From Octopus bimaculoides (taxonomy: Eukaryota): 35,503 nucleotides of DNA. The position numbers and the translations under genes were made by a program. The notes under the pieces are model-generated. The model was not told the origin of the DNA. It worked only from the letters and a program-made list of their open reading frames with translations, and ran no database searches. Positions 24,351-34,680 of this stretch are shown here, piece by piece (position 1 is the first letter of the stretch; every line of letters begins with the position of its first letter). The DNA is taken from the NCBI RefSeq assembly GCF_001194135.2, contig NC_068984.1:89962564-89998066 (forward strand), in the 5' to 3' direction.

Positions 24351-24721
24351 NNNNNNNNNNNNNNNNNNNNNNNNNNNNNNNNNNNNNNNNNNNNNNNNNN
24401 NNNNNNNNNNNNNNNNNNNNNNNNNNNNNNNNNNNNNNNNNNNNNNNNNNNNNNCACACACATATGTATACATATATATCCGTATTAAATTATGAGAAGA
24501 AAACAGAAAGTTAGTGGTTAGTATTCATTTATTAATAAATTGATAATCATTTCTTACTCATTGAATAAATGACAAATTTATGCATTAAATTTGCATTTAT
24601 AAGTTATGAGTAAAATATCATCAGCGAAATGTTAGGCATTATAAAATTACATTTTGGCCTATCTGTTCATTCTAACAGACTAAAATATATGGAATTGCTT
24701 TATTTTTTTTATTTATGTATA

Positions 24722-24894
24722 GCACAGGCACGGCTGTGTGATAAGAAGTTTACTTCCCAACCACATGGTTCCGGGTTCAGTCCCACTGCGTGGCACCTTG
24801 GGCAAGTGTCTCCTATTATTGCCTCGGGCCGACCAAAGCCTTGTGAGTAGATTTGGTTGACAGATGCTGAAAGAAGCCCGACGTGTATATATAT
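24722..24894 (+). mobile_element. tRNA-derived SINE family 1, 5' head with Pol III A/B-box-like motifs
   Basis: A-box-like CGGCTGTGTGA (24731-24741) and B-box-like GGTTCAGTCC (24774-24783); same sequence family as the copy at 29641-29996. Confidence 0.88.
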
Positions 24895-24924
24895 ACAACC
24901 ACCATATATATATATATATATATA

Positions 24925-25560
24925 TGGTGGTTGTCTACTCCTTACACAGAGTTTGACCGCCTCCTTACCTATACCTTAGCCCCTTCATGGTGTCTGATGT
25001 GGCTTTTTAAACCAGACAATGTTCTGAAAAAACACCCACACAGATTGCACCTCTGATTTGAACTACTAATACCTGCAGATAAGTTCTGCTCATTGTGGAT
25101 CTTAACATGTCTTTTAATACCCCCATTGGATTTGAAAGCCTTCTGACATACACTACATTCAAACGTGTGCACAGACATATAGTCAGAATAGATGGTTGAA
25201 GTTGTTTTCCATGGATTCGCAGGTGAGATTTGAGGCCAGCCAAAGACAGGCATGGTCTGTCACAGACTGTGCACACAAAAAGGTCCTTGTCAGTCACCTT
25301 CTCGATCTTTACATTCTTCCTTAAATATCTTTTGAGTTTTGCTTGCGTTATCCTGGCCTCTTCAAACGCTTTCATTCCATTCCACACTTTTGTTCGCCAT
25401 CCAACTCTATCTGAAGCGAGGGTTTCTATATCTTCTGGAACCATTCCAAGTGACTTCATAGTCGTCCTTATGCCATCCTTAAACCTTTTTAAAGGTTTAT
25501 GTCGATAGCGTTTCCCCTCTGCAAGCTCACCATAAAACTATATTTGGAACTATAAAGGTG
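24925..25560 (-). mobile_element. RTE-clade LINE 3' fragment with three C-terminal C2H2 zinc fingers
   Basis: ELAEGKR...KRFKDGI...ETLASDRVGWR is an RTE post-RT pattern. It is followed by CTVCDRPCLSLAGLKSHLRIH, a frameshift, CSVCQKAFKSNGGIKRHVKIH and CNLCGCFFRTLSGLKSHIRHH, a stop at 24969 and a short 3' UTR ending in (TA)n. Confidence 0.85.
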
Positions 25561-25766
25561 TTTAAACGTTCTAAAAAAATTTCAAGCTGCAAGTTCGTCA
25601 GTGGGATTTTAATCTCATAAATCCAGAGATTGGTTCTCAGATAGATCAGCAGAAATCCATGGTCTACTTTTAGAAAAACAAAAGTAGACCATGCTCTCTC
25701 AGTCCTTGAATCCCAACTCAAACGAAACTTACAGAAAGCTGAAAGGGAAAGTGCTTATAAAAAAAA

Positions 25767-26645
25767 AGTGTCTTCTATTATAGCCTCGGGCCCACCAAAG
25801 CCTTGTGAGTGGATTTGGGTGACGGATNNNNNNNNNNNNNNNNNNNNNNNNNNNNNNNNNNNNNNNNNNNNNNNNNNNNNNNNNNNNNNNNNNNNNNNNN
25901 NNNNNNNNNNNNNNNNNNNNNNNNNNNNNNNNNNNNNNNNNNNNNNNNCATACATACATACATACATACATACATACATACATACATACATACGTAGAGA
26001 CAGATTTTCCCAAGATCTGTCTCTGTCTCCACGGTGAACTGTCTGAAGGAAAACGTCCTCGTACAGCCCCCTTGAGTCGGTACAAGGACCAACTCAAATC
26101 AACCCCGAAAAGCACCAACATCGACCCCGCACACTGGGAAGATTTCTCGGCAAACAGAGTCCTCTGGAGACACACCATCAAAACGGGTTCTGCGGACTTC
26201 GAGAAAGCCCGAGTCGCAAGAGCTGAACTCAAGAGACGGGAGAGAAAGCAGCGCCTTCTCCTTCCCAAATCAGCCCCTTCTATCCCTTGTCCACAATGTC
26301 CCCTTATGCTTCATGCAACCCTTAGATTGCGGAGCCATCTGCGTTTCAAACAACCAGGAAAATGAACTGGATTGCAAGCTCGGAAACATGAGACGCAGCC
26401 AACAATACATATGTATGTGTGTAGTTGTGCGTCTGAGTTTGTCCCCCCACCATCGCTTGACAACCGATGTTTGTGTGTTTATATCCCTGCAACTTAGCGG
26501 TTCGGGAAAAAAGACCGATAGATTAAGTACTACGCTTACAAAAAATAAGTCCTGGAATTGATTTTTTCGGCTGAAGGCAGTACTCCAGCATGGCCGCAGC
26601 CAAATGACTGAAACAAGTAAAAGAATAAAAGAAAGTAAAAGAATA
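25767..26645 (+). mobile_element. SINE family 1 copy split by a gap and an RTE insertion (head 25767-25827, tail ~26420-26645)
   Basis: Head: GTGTCTTCTATTATAGCCTCGGG...GTGGATTTGG. Tail: TTTGTCCCCCCACCATCGCTTGACAACCG...CAGCATGGCCGCAG...AAAAGAATAAAAGA. Confidence 0.8.
25996..26405 (+). mobile_element. RTE-clade LINE 3' fragment with a single degenerate C2H2 finger
   Basis: HGELSEGKRPRTAPLSRYKDQLK...HWEDFSANRVLWR...CPQCPLMLHATLRLRSHLR, stop at 26365, short 3' UTR. Confidence 0.85.
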
Positions 26646-26982
26646 TGTGCATGGGGGTTAACGGATTAATTTGAATTTAGTAGAATAACATAAAATAAAG
26701 AAGAAGATGAAATAAAATTACATAGCGATAAAAGACTCACTTTAAGTCTTTTATTGTCATATAATTCTGCACACACGCACATACTGATAAACTGTTATGA
26801 TTAGATATTTTCCTGAAACACTTAACCACATGTACACAAATTTAGATTATTCCAACCAGCTGGCATGAATTAATATAAAATGTCCATATGTAGTTTCGTT
26901 ATATATCTAAGTGTATATGTACGTATATATATGTATGTGTATATTTATGTATACTTTTCATATATGTGTGTTTATATGAACA

Positions 26983-27049
<67 letters not shown>
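26983..27049. repeat. (TATC)n microsatellite
   Basis: Direct reading. Confidence 0.96.
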
Positions 27050-27139
27050 TATATATATAGGAGAGTATTGTAGTTCTCTTGAGCATTGTGTATTGTTTGT
27101 AAAGAATAAAAAGTTTTGAATGGTACAACAATGCACTAT

Positions 27140-28244
27140 AATACAAAAATGGACTACTACAAGCCAACAGACTCAAAACAGTGTCTCCTTTTCAACTCAT
27201 GCCATGCTAAACACACCAAAATAAATATCCCATTCAATCTAGCGAAAAGGATCTGTACAATTGTATCTGACACAACCACTCAGGAACTTCACCTACGAGA
27301 CCTCAAAATAATACTCATTGAACGGCAATATCCACCCGCACTTATAGGCCATGGAATTAAACGTGTCAAGAAATTTGACACAAACACACTAAGGACAACA
27401 AAACAAAACACCACACCTCATTTTAAATCGCTCCCATACATATCAACTCACAAGCCCAGAAACAATGAAGCATACAACACAATTATACAAAATCTCCTTC
27501 TGCTCACTCAAGACCCGAAACTGAACAGCATCCTAAATATACATGAATTCTTCAAATGCAAAAGACAACACAAATCACCCAAGAGACTCCTAACAAATGC
27601 AAAACTATACTCAACACATATAATACCAACAGTTAAAAAATGCAGACGACCTAATTGTGGTACATGCCCAGCAAGGAGAAAAATTCTCAGTTAAGACCAA
27701 CTTCACACGTGTTTCCCAGAACCTTGTCTATGTCCTAACCTGCTCAGGTTGTGGCCACAATTATGTGGGCCAAACGAGCCAACTTTGAGACGCAGAGTCA
27801 CGCTGCATAAGCAACGGATTTGTTTTCCTAAATATAGACAGATAGCCCTGAGGGAACATATCGACAGATGCACAAATTTCCATATCTTTCCATTATACCA
27901 ATGCAAAGATTCAATCTCCTTACAAGAACGCCTAAACAAGGAAAACTTGTTCATATAAAAGTACAGACCACACCTTAATATACAAACTTGACCACTTCAA
28001 AAATTAAACTGAGTAGTTAGTTGTCCCCCTTGCCACCTGTTGCCTCCCTTGGCCCACTCTCTAGACTCTAGACTCATTCTTATTATTCAAGCATTGAAAG
28101 TGGTGAGACTCCTTTGTCACAGGTATTAATTACTTCACAATGTCCCTTGAAAAACTAATTTAAATAGCGGAAAACGGTTGGATAACACGACATCCCTAAA
28201 ATATGTATATATTTTTGAAAAATTTCTTTATAAAACGATATTAA
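27140..28244 (+). mobile_element. 5'-truncated Penelope-like element: RT C-terminus, GIY-YIG endonuclease and 3' pLTR
   Basis: YKPTDSKQCLLFNSCHAKHTKINIPFNLAKRI (RT thumb), linker KKCRRPNCGTC, then across frameshifts NLVYVLTCSGCGHNYVGQT, TLRRRVTLH and IFPLYQC...ENLFI*KYRPHLN. Followed by non-coding sequence with a hammerhead-like relic. Confidence 0.93.
28141..28184 (+). ncRNA. Degenerate minimal hammerhead-ribozyme-like motif in the Penelope pLTR (probably dead)
   Basis: TGTCC cTTGAAAA ACTA atttaaa TAGC GGAAAAC GGTT GGATA: stem I TGTCC/GGATA pairs and stem II (A)CTA/TAG(C) pairs, but the core is mutated relative to CUGANGA...GAAA. Confidence 0.45.
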
Positions 28245-28732
28245 NNNNNNNNNNNNNNNNNNNNNNNNNNNNNNNNNNNNNNNNNNNNNNNNNNNNNNNN
28301 NNNNNNNNNNNNNNNNNNNNNNNNNNNNNNNNNNNNNNNNNNNNNNNNNNNNNNNNNNNNNNNNNNNNNNNNNNNNNNNNNNNNNNNNNNNNNNNNNNNN
28401 NNNNNNNNNNNNNNNNNNNNNNNNNNNNNNNNNNNNNNNNNNNNNNNNNNNNNNNNNNNNNNNNNNNNNNNNNNNNNNNNNNNNNNNNNNNNNNNNNNNN
28501 NNNNNNNNNNNNNNNNNNNNNNNNNNNNNNNNNNNNNNNNNNNNNNNNNNNNNNNNNNNNNNNNNNNNNNNNNNNNNNNNNNNNNNNNNNNNNNNNNNNN
28601 NNNNNNNNNNNNNNNNNNNNNNNNNNNNNNNNNNNNNNNNNNNNNNNNNNNNNNNNNNNNNNNNNNNNNNNNNNNNNNNNNNNNNNNNNNNNNNNNNNNN
28701 NNNNNNNNNNNNNNNNNNNNNNNNNNNNNNNN

Positions 28733-28797
<65 letters not shown>

Positions 28798-28915
28798 GCG
28801 TACGTCTTTGTGTTTGTCCCACACCACCGCTTGACAACTACTGTTGCTTTGTTTACGTCCTGGTAACTTAGCGGTCGGCAAAAAAAACTGATGGAATACG
28901 TGCTAGGCTTAGAAT
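28733..28915 (+). mobile_element. (TG)n followed by a SINE family 1 3' half
   Basis: TTTGTCCCACACCACCGCTTGACAAC...TAACTTAGCGGTCGGCAAAA matches 26440-26510. Confidence 0.8.
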
Positions 28916-29333
28916 AGCTGTGCATACACACACACAAACATACAGAGAGAGAGAGAGAGAGAGGCAGCCACATACACATATATATATGTATGAATGCATA
29001 TATTGTACCTATATATTTTAGCCCTGCTTCTTCCTAACAAAGAATTAACATGATACAGCAATTCTTTCTATTTATGTAGTTGTATGATAGGGGCAACGGA
29101 GAGTATCCATCTTCCAAATTTTCGATCCTTCTTGGTGATCCACCAAATCAGTCTCTTCAGTTCAGGTTTTGCTCTAATGTTTTCCTTTTCAGGCGAAGAA
29201 ACAAGTCAACGAAACGTCATATTTACAATCTGCATATATGCGTTACTAATCTTACTAAATGGATTTTTTTCTTCTTTCAGACCGTTACTAACTTCATTGG
29301 ATTTCGGAATTTATCTTAAGGTTTTAATGAGGC

Positions 29334-29514
29334 AAGGTGGAGAGCTAGCAGAATCATTAGCACGCCAGGCAATATGTTTCGCAGTATTTCATCTGTCTTT
29401 ACCTTTAAAGCTCAAATTCCGCCGAGATCGGCTTTGTCTTTCATCCTTTGGGGAGTTAATAAAATAACTACCAGCTGAGCAATAGGGCCAACGTAATCCA
29501 CATAACCCCTCCCC
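29334..29514 (+). mobile_element. Degenerate SINE family 2 (tRNA-like head)
   Basis: GAGCTAGCAGAATCATTAGCACGCC...TCAAATTCCGCCGAGATCGGCTTTGTCTTTCATCCTTTG; A/B-box-like layout, recognised from memory as a second octopod-type SINE. Confidence 0.65.
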
Positions 29515-29640
29515 ACGAACTTCTTCGCTTCGCATCAACATTTGAAACCAATATTTTAATGAGGCGATATGAACGAATAAATTATTTCAACTTTCGAAGT
29601 CCATTGACATTTTGGAAGTTGAATGAAATGATTTTTTTTT

Positions 29641-29996
29641 ATCTTTTGTGTTTCAGTCATTTAACCGTAGTCATGCTGGGGCATCTCCTTGAAAGGTTTA
29701 GTCGAACAAATCGACCCCACTGCTTAAATTTTTCATATTGTATTGTCCTTTTGGCGGAACCGCTAAGTTATGGGGTACAAACAGATACACACGCACACTC
29801 GTACGCATGCGCACGCGCGCACGCACACGCACATACATATACGATGGGCTTCTTTCTGTCTCCTTCTACCAAATCCATTCACAAGGCTTTGATCGGCCAG
29901 AGCTCTTGTAGAAGACATGAGCCCAAGATGCCATGCAGTGGACTGAACATGGGACCATATGGTTATGAATCAAACTTTTTACCCAACAGCCACGCC
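29641..29996 (-). mobile_element. Essentially full-length SINE family 1 (head, central microsatellite, tail)
   Basis: The reverse complement gives the head (GGCGTGGCTG...GTTCAGTCCACTGCATGGCATCTTGGG), a central (TG/CG) tract and the tail (TAACTTAGCGG...CAGCATGAC...TGAAACAC). Confidence 0.87.
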
Positions 29997-30161
29997 GAGA
30001 AAATTTTGTAAGTTCAGTAACTCTATTTCTCAAATTTCGGCAGTTAACCTCTCTATATAAAACCAATATGAGAGTTAATTCGGAGGATTTAAAAAAAAAA
30101 ATTATCTTTCTTCTTTCTTTTTTTTTGTTTTTGTTTTCCTAACACTAACATTGTTTTAGAA

Positions 30162-31210
30162 CAGTGGTTCTCAACCGGGAACGAAAATCAAATTTTGGGG
30201 ATTGATGAATGCAGTCTTAGATCGGCGACTGTACTCAAAACAAGCATCCAGTGTATGATGACAACAAGGTCTCTTCTCAATAACTGCAGTCAAGCCGTAA
30301 AACGAACGCTTTTTCTTAATTCAAATGTAGTAACTGTTCACCTCAATGAGTGCGTTATCTTCCAGAATTTAGTTCGTCGATTTATAATGACTCATTCATC
30401 ACTAAGTTTCTTAGCCTTGTTACTATGACACTGGCCGCCGGGCTGTGTGATTCATTGAATACACAGCGCTCGCCTGAATCTGACGTTCTATCTCTTAACC
30501 ATCGGATGCAGATATAATAGTCAGTTTAATGTATATTAATTTGCATTCGTTCTCACCCACTTTTTATGGCAGGCTCGGTGAAAAGTATCGACAGTATATC
30601 GATGAGTACTTACAATATGGTTTTATCAAGAACTCTACAGACCTAAAGCAACCCTTTTGTACTATGTGTCATCAATCTTTGTCCCATGAATCTATGAAGC
30701 CCTCTCCACTCTTTGACCACTTGAGAAGAAAACACTCCGAAAAAGTCGGCAAGTCTATCAAATATTTTGAGGGATTGAAAACTAATTTTGAAAATCGGAG
30801 TACTATTAAATCATTATTTAAGAAACAGACAAAGATTAATGATGATGGACTGATTGCTTCCTACAAAATTGCAGAAGTTATTGCAAAAACATGAAGTGCA
30901 CATACGATAGCTGAAAAGATTATTGTGCCTGCAGTAGAAGTAGTAATATCAGAAGTCATGAATCAAGATCCTTTAAAGCTCTACCTTTGAGTAATGATTC
31001 TATCCATAGGAATATTGATGAAATCTCAGGTCATATCGAAGACGCACTAATTCAAACATTGAAAACAACAAAATTTTCTATTCAGATTAACGAAAGCACA
31101 GTTATTGACAATAAAGCCCTTTTAATGGGATATGTACGGTATTTTGATAGAATATGAAAATTTAGTTTCATGTGCTACTGATGGTGCACTGTGTATGATT
31201 GGGAGACACA
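30162..31210 (+). mobile_element. hAT transposon fossil of the Buster/Charlie type, internally deleted
   Basis: TIR CAGTGGTTCTCAACC at 30162. BED finger RQYIDEYLQYGF...PFCTMC...SMKPS.LFDHLRRKH, then HTIAEKII.P, PLSNDSIHR, FSIQINES, LMGYVRY and CATDGA.CMIG. The right TIR was not found. Confidence 0.92.
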
Positions 31211-31850
31211 ATATTCTTGTGAATATTGTTTGACCATTTTATGAATAACTCACTATCCCGAAGCAAAACGCTACTTCGGGTTACAATAATTATGCAATGG
31301 TTGGAAGAAACAGTAGTAATTCATTGCAATATGTAGTTATATCCCTACTGATTATGACAATGAATGCCGCGGATTTCTTCCCTTCGAGCCAATTCGATCA
31401 AATAAATTCTAGTAAAGTATTCGAACTGATTTAAAGTTGCCTTTAAATATGTATGTTTTGGTAATGTCTAGAATTGATATTCATGAAGAGGTTGGATAGA
31501 AAGTGCACTATACCTTCTTCACTGGTTACTCTAATAAAGCTTTAGAATATATAATTCATTTCAAAATTAGGTCTCTGTTCATGGTTAACACACACAATTC
31601 ATGCATACACACATGCATACATACATGCATACTTATCATACACACACGTGTACTCACACACACACAACATATATATTCCTATAGTCCAAGAAAAGAAGAT
31701 TTACTATTGCATACATACTATACTTACGTTTGCTACGTGTTTCTCGACAACGCATGATAAATATGTTTTTCCAGGAAAATGAATATGAATAAAAATATAA
31801 ACTGTGCATATATATGACCGCAGGGGCATGGCTTAAATAAGTAAAAAAAT

Positions 31851-32374
31851 ATTTGACTGCTATTTTTCAGCGTGGCGGTATCTCTTAGATTATAATTTTA
31901 AATAATTGTTACCTTGGATGGTTTTTATTCCCATGCTGGCCACTTGATAAAATCAATATTTTAAATATCGATCTTATCCTTATTTATATAAATTTATTTT
32001 GTTAGTGTATTTACTGCGGTGATATTTCTGACCATATCGCACGAGGAGTTTTTAGGCGGGCAATTTAAACTGGTCGTGTGCATACGTGCATATATATGTA
32101 TGTATACGTTCGTATATGTAAGTATACCGTATGTTTATATATATATTTGTATTTATGTGCTTTTCTGAGTATATTCCACCGATGAAGGCAAAGCATTTAT
32201 TATGCAAAACCAGAAATCCGGGATATGGAATTATCCAGTTATTTTTAATAGTTTATTTTGTCTTCGTCTTCGCTCTTTGTGCTATATGAACATTTATTGT
32301 GGTTTAGAGTCAAGATTTGACTGCTATTTTTCAGCGTGGTGGTATCTCTTAGATACCCTATATTATAATTTTAA

Positions 32375-32381
<7 letters not shown>
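31851..32381 (+). repeat. ~57-bp direct repeat pair (31851-31907 and 32315-32381)
   Basis: ATTTGACTGCTATTTTTCAGCGTGG[C/T]GGTATCTCTTAGA...TTATAATTTTAAATAATT occurs twice, 464 bp apart. Confidence 0.85.
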
Positions 32382-32408
<27 letters not shown>

Positions 32409-32740
32409 TAACCNNNNNNNNNNNNNNNNNNNNNNNNNNNNNNNNNNNNNNNNNNNNNNNNNNNNNNNNNNNNNNNNNNNNNNNNNNNNNNNNNNNNNNN
32501 NNNNNNNNNNNNNNNNNNNNNNNNNNNNNNNNNNGGATATCGATTGTACTACCGGTATATTACCTATATTTTTAAACATGGGCAAACATGTTATGCTCAT
32601 AAATTATAGGTGAAGGCAAGGATAAACAGGAGTTTATCAGGAATCAAAATTTAAAGAAAACAGAAAATGGAGATAATATTGATTAACAACAATTGATTTG
32701 CATCAATTATTATTTATTAATTCTTTACAAAAAGACTGCA

Positions 32741-32860
32741 TCCCATCTTACAGCTGTTTCTGCTGCGAATGTTATTTGATATCACCATTATTAGGCTAAA
32801 AATATACATCATAGTTGGTAATAAAATCGATTTGAATCATGGAGCTTCATCAGAGTGGAA
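32741..32860 (-). ncRNA. Second putative minimal hammerhead ribozyme (inverted copy)
   Basis: The minus strand reads TTCCACT CTGATGA AGCT...AGCA GAAAC AGCT GTA AGATGGGA. Confidence 0.58.
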
Positions 32861-32943
32861 AATAGATAAATAAATAAGAAAGAAAAGACAAGAAAAGAAG
32901 AAGGTAAGGTTGAATATGGTGAGAATCAAGTCATGTTGCTATT

Positions 32944-33063
32944 TTTCACTCTGATGATGATCCATAATTCAAATCGGTTTTATTACCAACGATGATTCAT
33001 ATTTTTAGCATATTAATGGTGATACCAAAGAATATTATTAGCAGAAACAGCTGTCAGATGGAA
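32944..33063 (+). ncRNA. Putative minimal type-I hammerhead ribozyme with long loop II
   Basis: CTGATGA at 32951-32957 and GAAAC-AGCT-GTC at 33044-33055 (palindromic loop III). Stem I TTCACT/AGATGGAA has one bulge; stem II TGAT/AGCA has one mismatch. Confidence 0.6.
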
Positions 33064-33320
33064 TGCAGTCTTTTTGAAAATAATTAGTAAATTATAATGG
33101 ATGCAAATCAATATTATCTCCATTTTCTGTTTCCTTTATATTATCCATATCTTCTCAAAATGTATCACTTTAACTTGGTATCTCTACCTGTAAAACGGCT
33201 GTGATATCTTGTTTTTTAGTGTAATTTTGCTACCTCTGGTAACTATTAACGTATTTAAATTATCGAAAGTTTTAATAACTGAGATAATATTAATATATAC
33301 ATAAACTTATATATATATAT

Positions 33321-33505
33321 ATTCTTTTACTCTTTTATTTGTTTCAGTCATTTGTCTGCGGTAATGCTGGAGCACCACCTTTAGGCGAACAAATTGGCCC
33401 CAGGATTCCTTGTAAGCCTAGTACTTATTTTGTCGGTATCCTTTGCTGAACCGCTAAGTTACGGGGACGTAAACACACCAATATCGGTTGTCAGATGGTG
33501 GGAGA
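33321..33505 (-). mobile_element. SINE family 1 3' half running into a gap
   Basis: Matches 8263-8420 (TACTCTTTTATTTGTTTCAG...CCGCTAAGTTACGGGGACGT). Confidence 0.88.
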
Positions 33506-34596
33506 NNNNNNNNNNNNNNNNNNNNNNNNNNNNNNNNNNNNNNNNNNNNNNNNNNNNNNNNNNNNNNNNNNNNNNNNNNNNNNNNNNNNNNNNNNNNNNN
33601 NNNNNNNNNNNNNNNNNNNNNNNNNNNNNNNNNNNNNNNNNNNNNNNNNNNNNNNNNNNNNNNNNNNNNNNNNNNNNNNNNNNNNNNNNNNNNNNNNNNN
33701 NNNNNNNNNNNNNNNNNNNNNNNNNNNNNNNNNNNNNNNNNNNNNNNNNNNNNNNNNNNNNNNNNNNNNNNNNNNNNNNNNNNNNNNNNNNNNNNNNNNN
33801 NNNNNNNNNNNNNNNNNNNNNNNNNNNNNNNNNNNNNNNNNNNNNNNNNNNNNNNNNNNNNNNNNNNNNNNNNNNNNNNNNNNNNNNNNNNNNNNNNNNN
33901 NNNNNNNNNNNNNNNNNNNNNNNNNNNNNNNNNNNNNNNNNNNNNNNNNNNNNNNNNNNNNNNNNNNNNNNNNNNNNNNNNNNNNNNNNNNNNNNNNNNN
34001 NNNNNNNNNNNNNNNNNNNNNNNNNNNNNNNNNNNNNNNNNNTATATATATATATATATATATGTATGTATATATATGTACATATGTATATATGTGTGTT
34101 TTTGCGTTAGTGTGTGTGTGTCTTTATTCAGGCATATACTCACTAAGCGATCTATAAATATTTAGCATCAATTTAAATAGCCCAAGTTATAACATTAGTC
34201 TACCAGATTAAATTCAATGACTTCGATATCTTTACAAAAATCCCCGTAGACAGGCCGTTAGTATATAATCCTAACCACATTGTATGTAGCTCGTCATTTG
34301 GATAGTCATAGTTGTGGTGCTGATGTGATGTAAGGTTAGCACAACTATAAGGTTTACCGCAGACGCAGCATACGAAACCTGCAAGTAATGTTGCAACTTC
34401 TTTTCATTTCTTTTTTATGTACAAAATATGACTATAATTGTCTAAGCAGAAATATGTTTCCACCGACCACAGTCCCGACCTTTATCATGAGCAGACTTCA
34501 AGAACATGAGTGCTGGGATAATAGTTTTCCAGTATATAGGCACAGCCGATCCTTTATGTCTAAACGAATCGAATAAATAAAGCCTAAAACGGCCCC

Positions 34597-34597
<1 letters not shown>

Positions 34598-34629
<32 letters not shown>

Positions 34630-34680
34630 AAAAGAAGAAGAAGAAGAAGAAGAAGAAGAAGAAGAAGAAGAAGAAGAAGA
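34598..34680. repeat. (GAA)n microsatellite
   Basis: Direct reading; it explains the poly-F and poly-S pseudo-ORFs. Confidence 0.96.

Larger units (their letters stand above)
32652..33139. mobile_element. Fold-back element made of two inverted Penelope-type pLTR-like arms
   Basis: Arms 32652-32865 and 32939-33139 are reverse complements (roughly 85% identical by eye) with a 73-bp purine-rich spacer. Confidence 0.85.

Noticed and set aside
24722-24790. tRNA gene
   Set aside because: Only A/B-box-like motifs inside a multi-copy SINE head; no cloverleaf could be built.
24969-25459. Host C2H2 zinc-finger gene
   Set aside because: The fingers are contiguous with RTE post-RT sequence, are frameshifted, lack TGEKP linkers and end in a retroposon-like tail.
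25658-25693. 14-bp perfect inverted repeat with an 8-nt loop
   Set aside because: Real in the sequence but isolated, with no TSD or second copy; no basis for a terminator or functional call in eukaryotic DNA.
29080-29330. Strong-looking 3' splice sites (TTTTCAG after pyrimidine tracts) and a hydrophobic ORF
   Set aside because: No matching donor site or recognisable peptide; the ORF runs on into a SINE.
30529-30894. Domesticated ZBED/Buster gene
   Set aside because: In-frame stop, frameshifts, mutated catalytic residue, internal deletion and an intact transposon TIR upstream.
34308-34348. Small imperfect hairpin with TGATG motifs (snoRNA or miRNA-like)
   Set aside because: Too short and bulged, with no proper C/D box arrangement.
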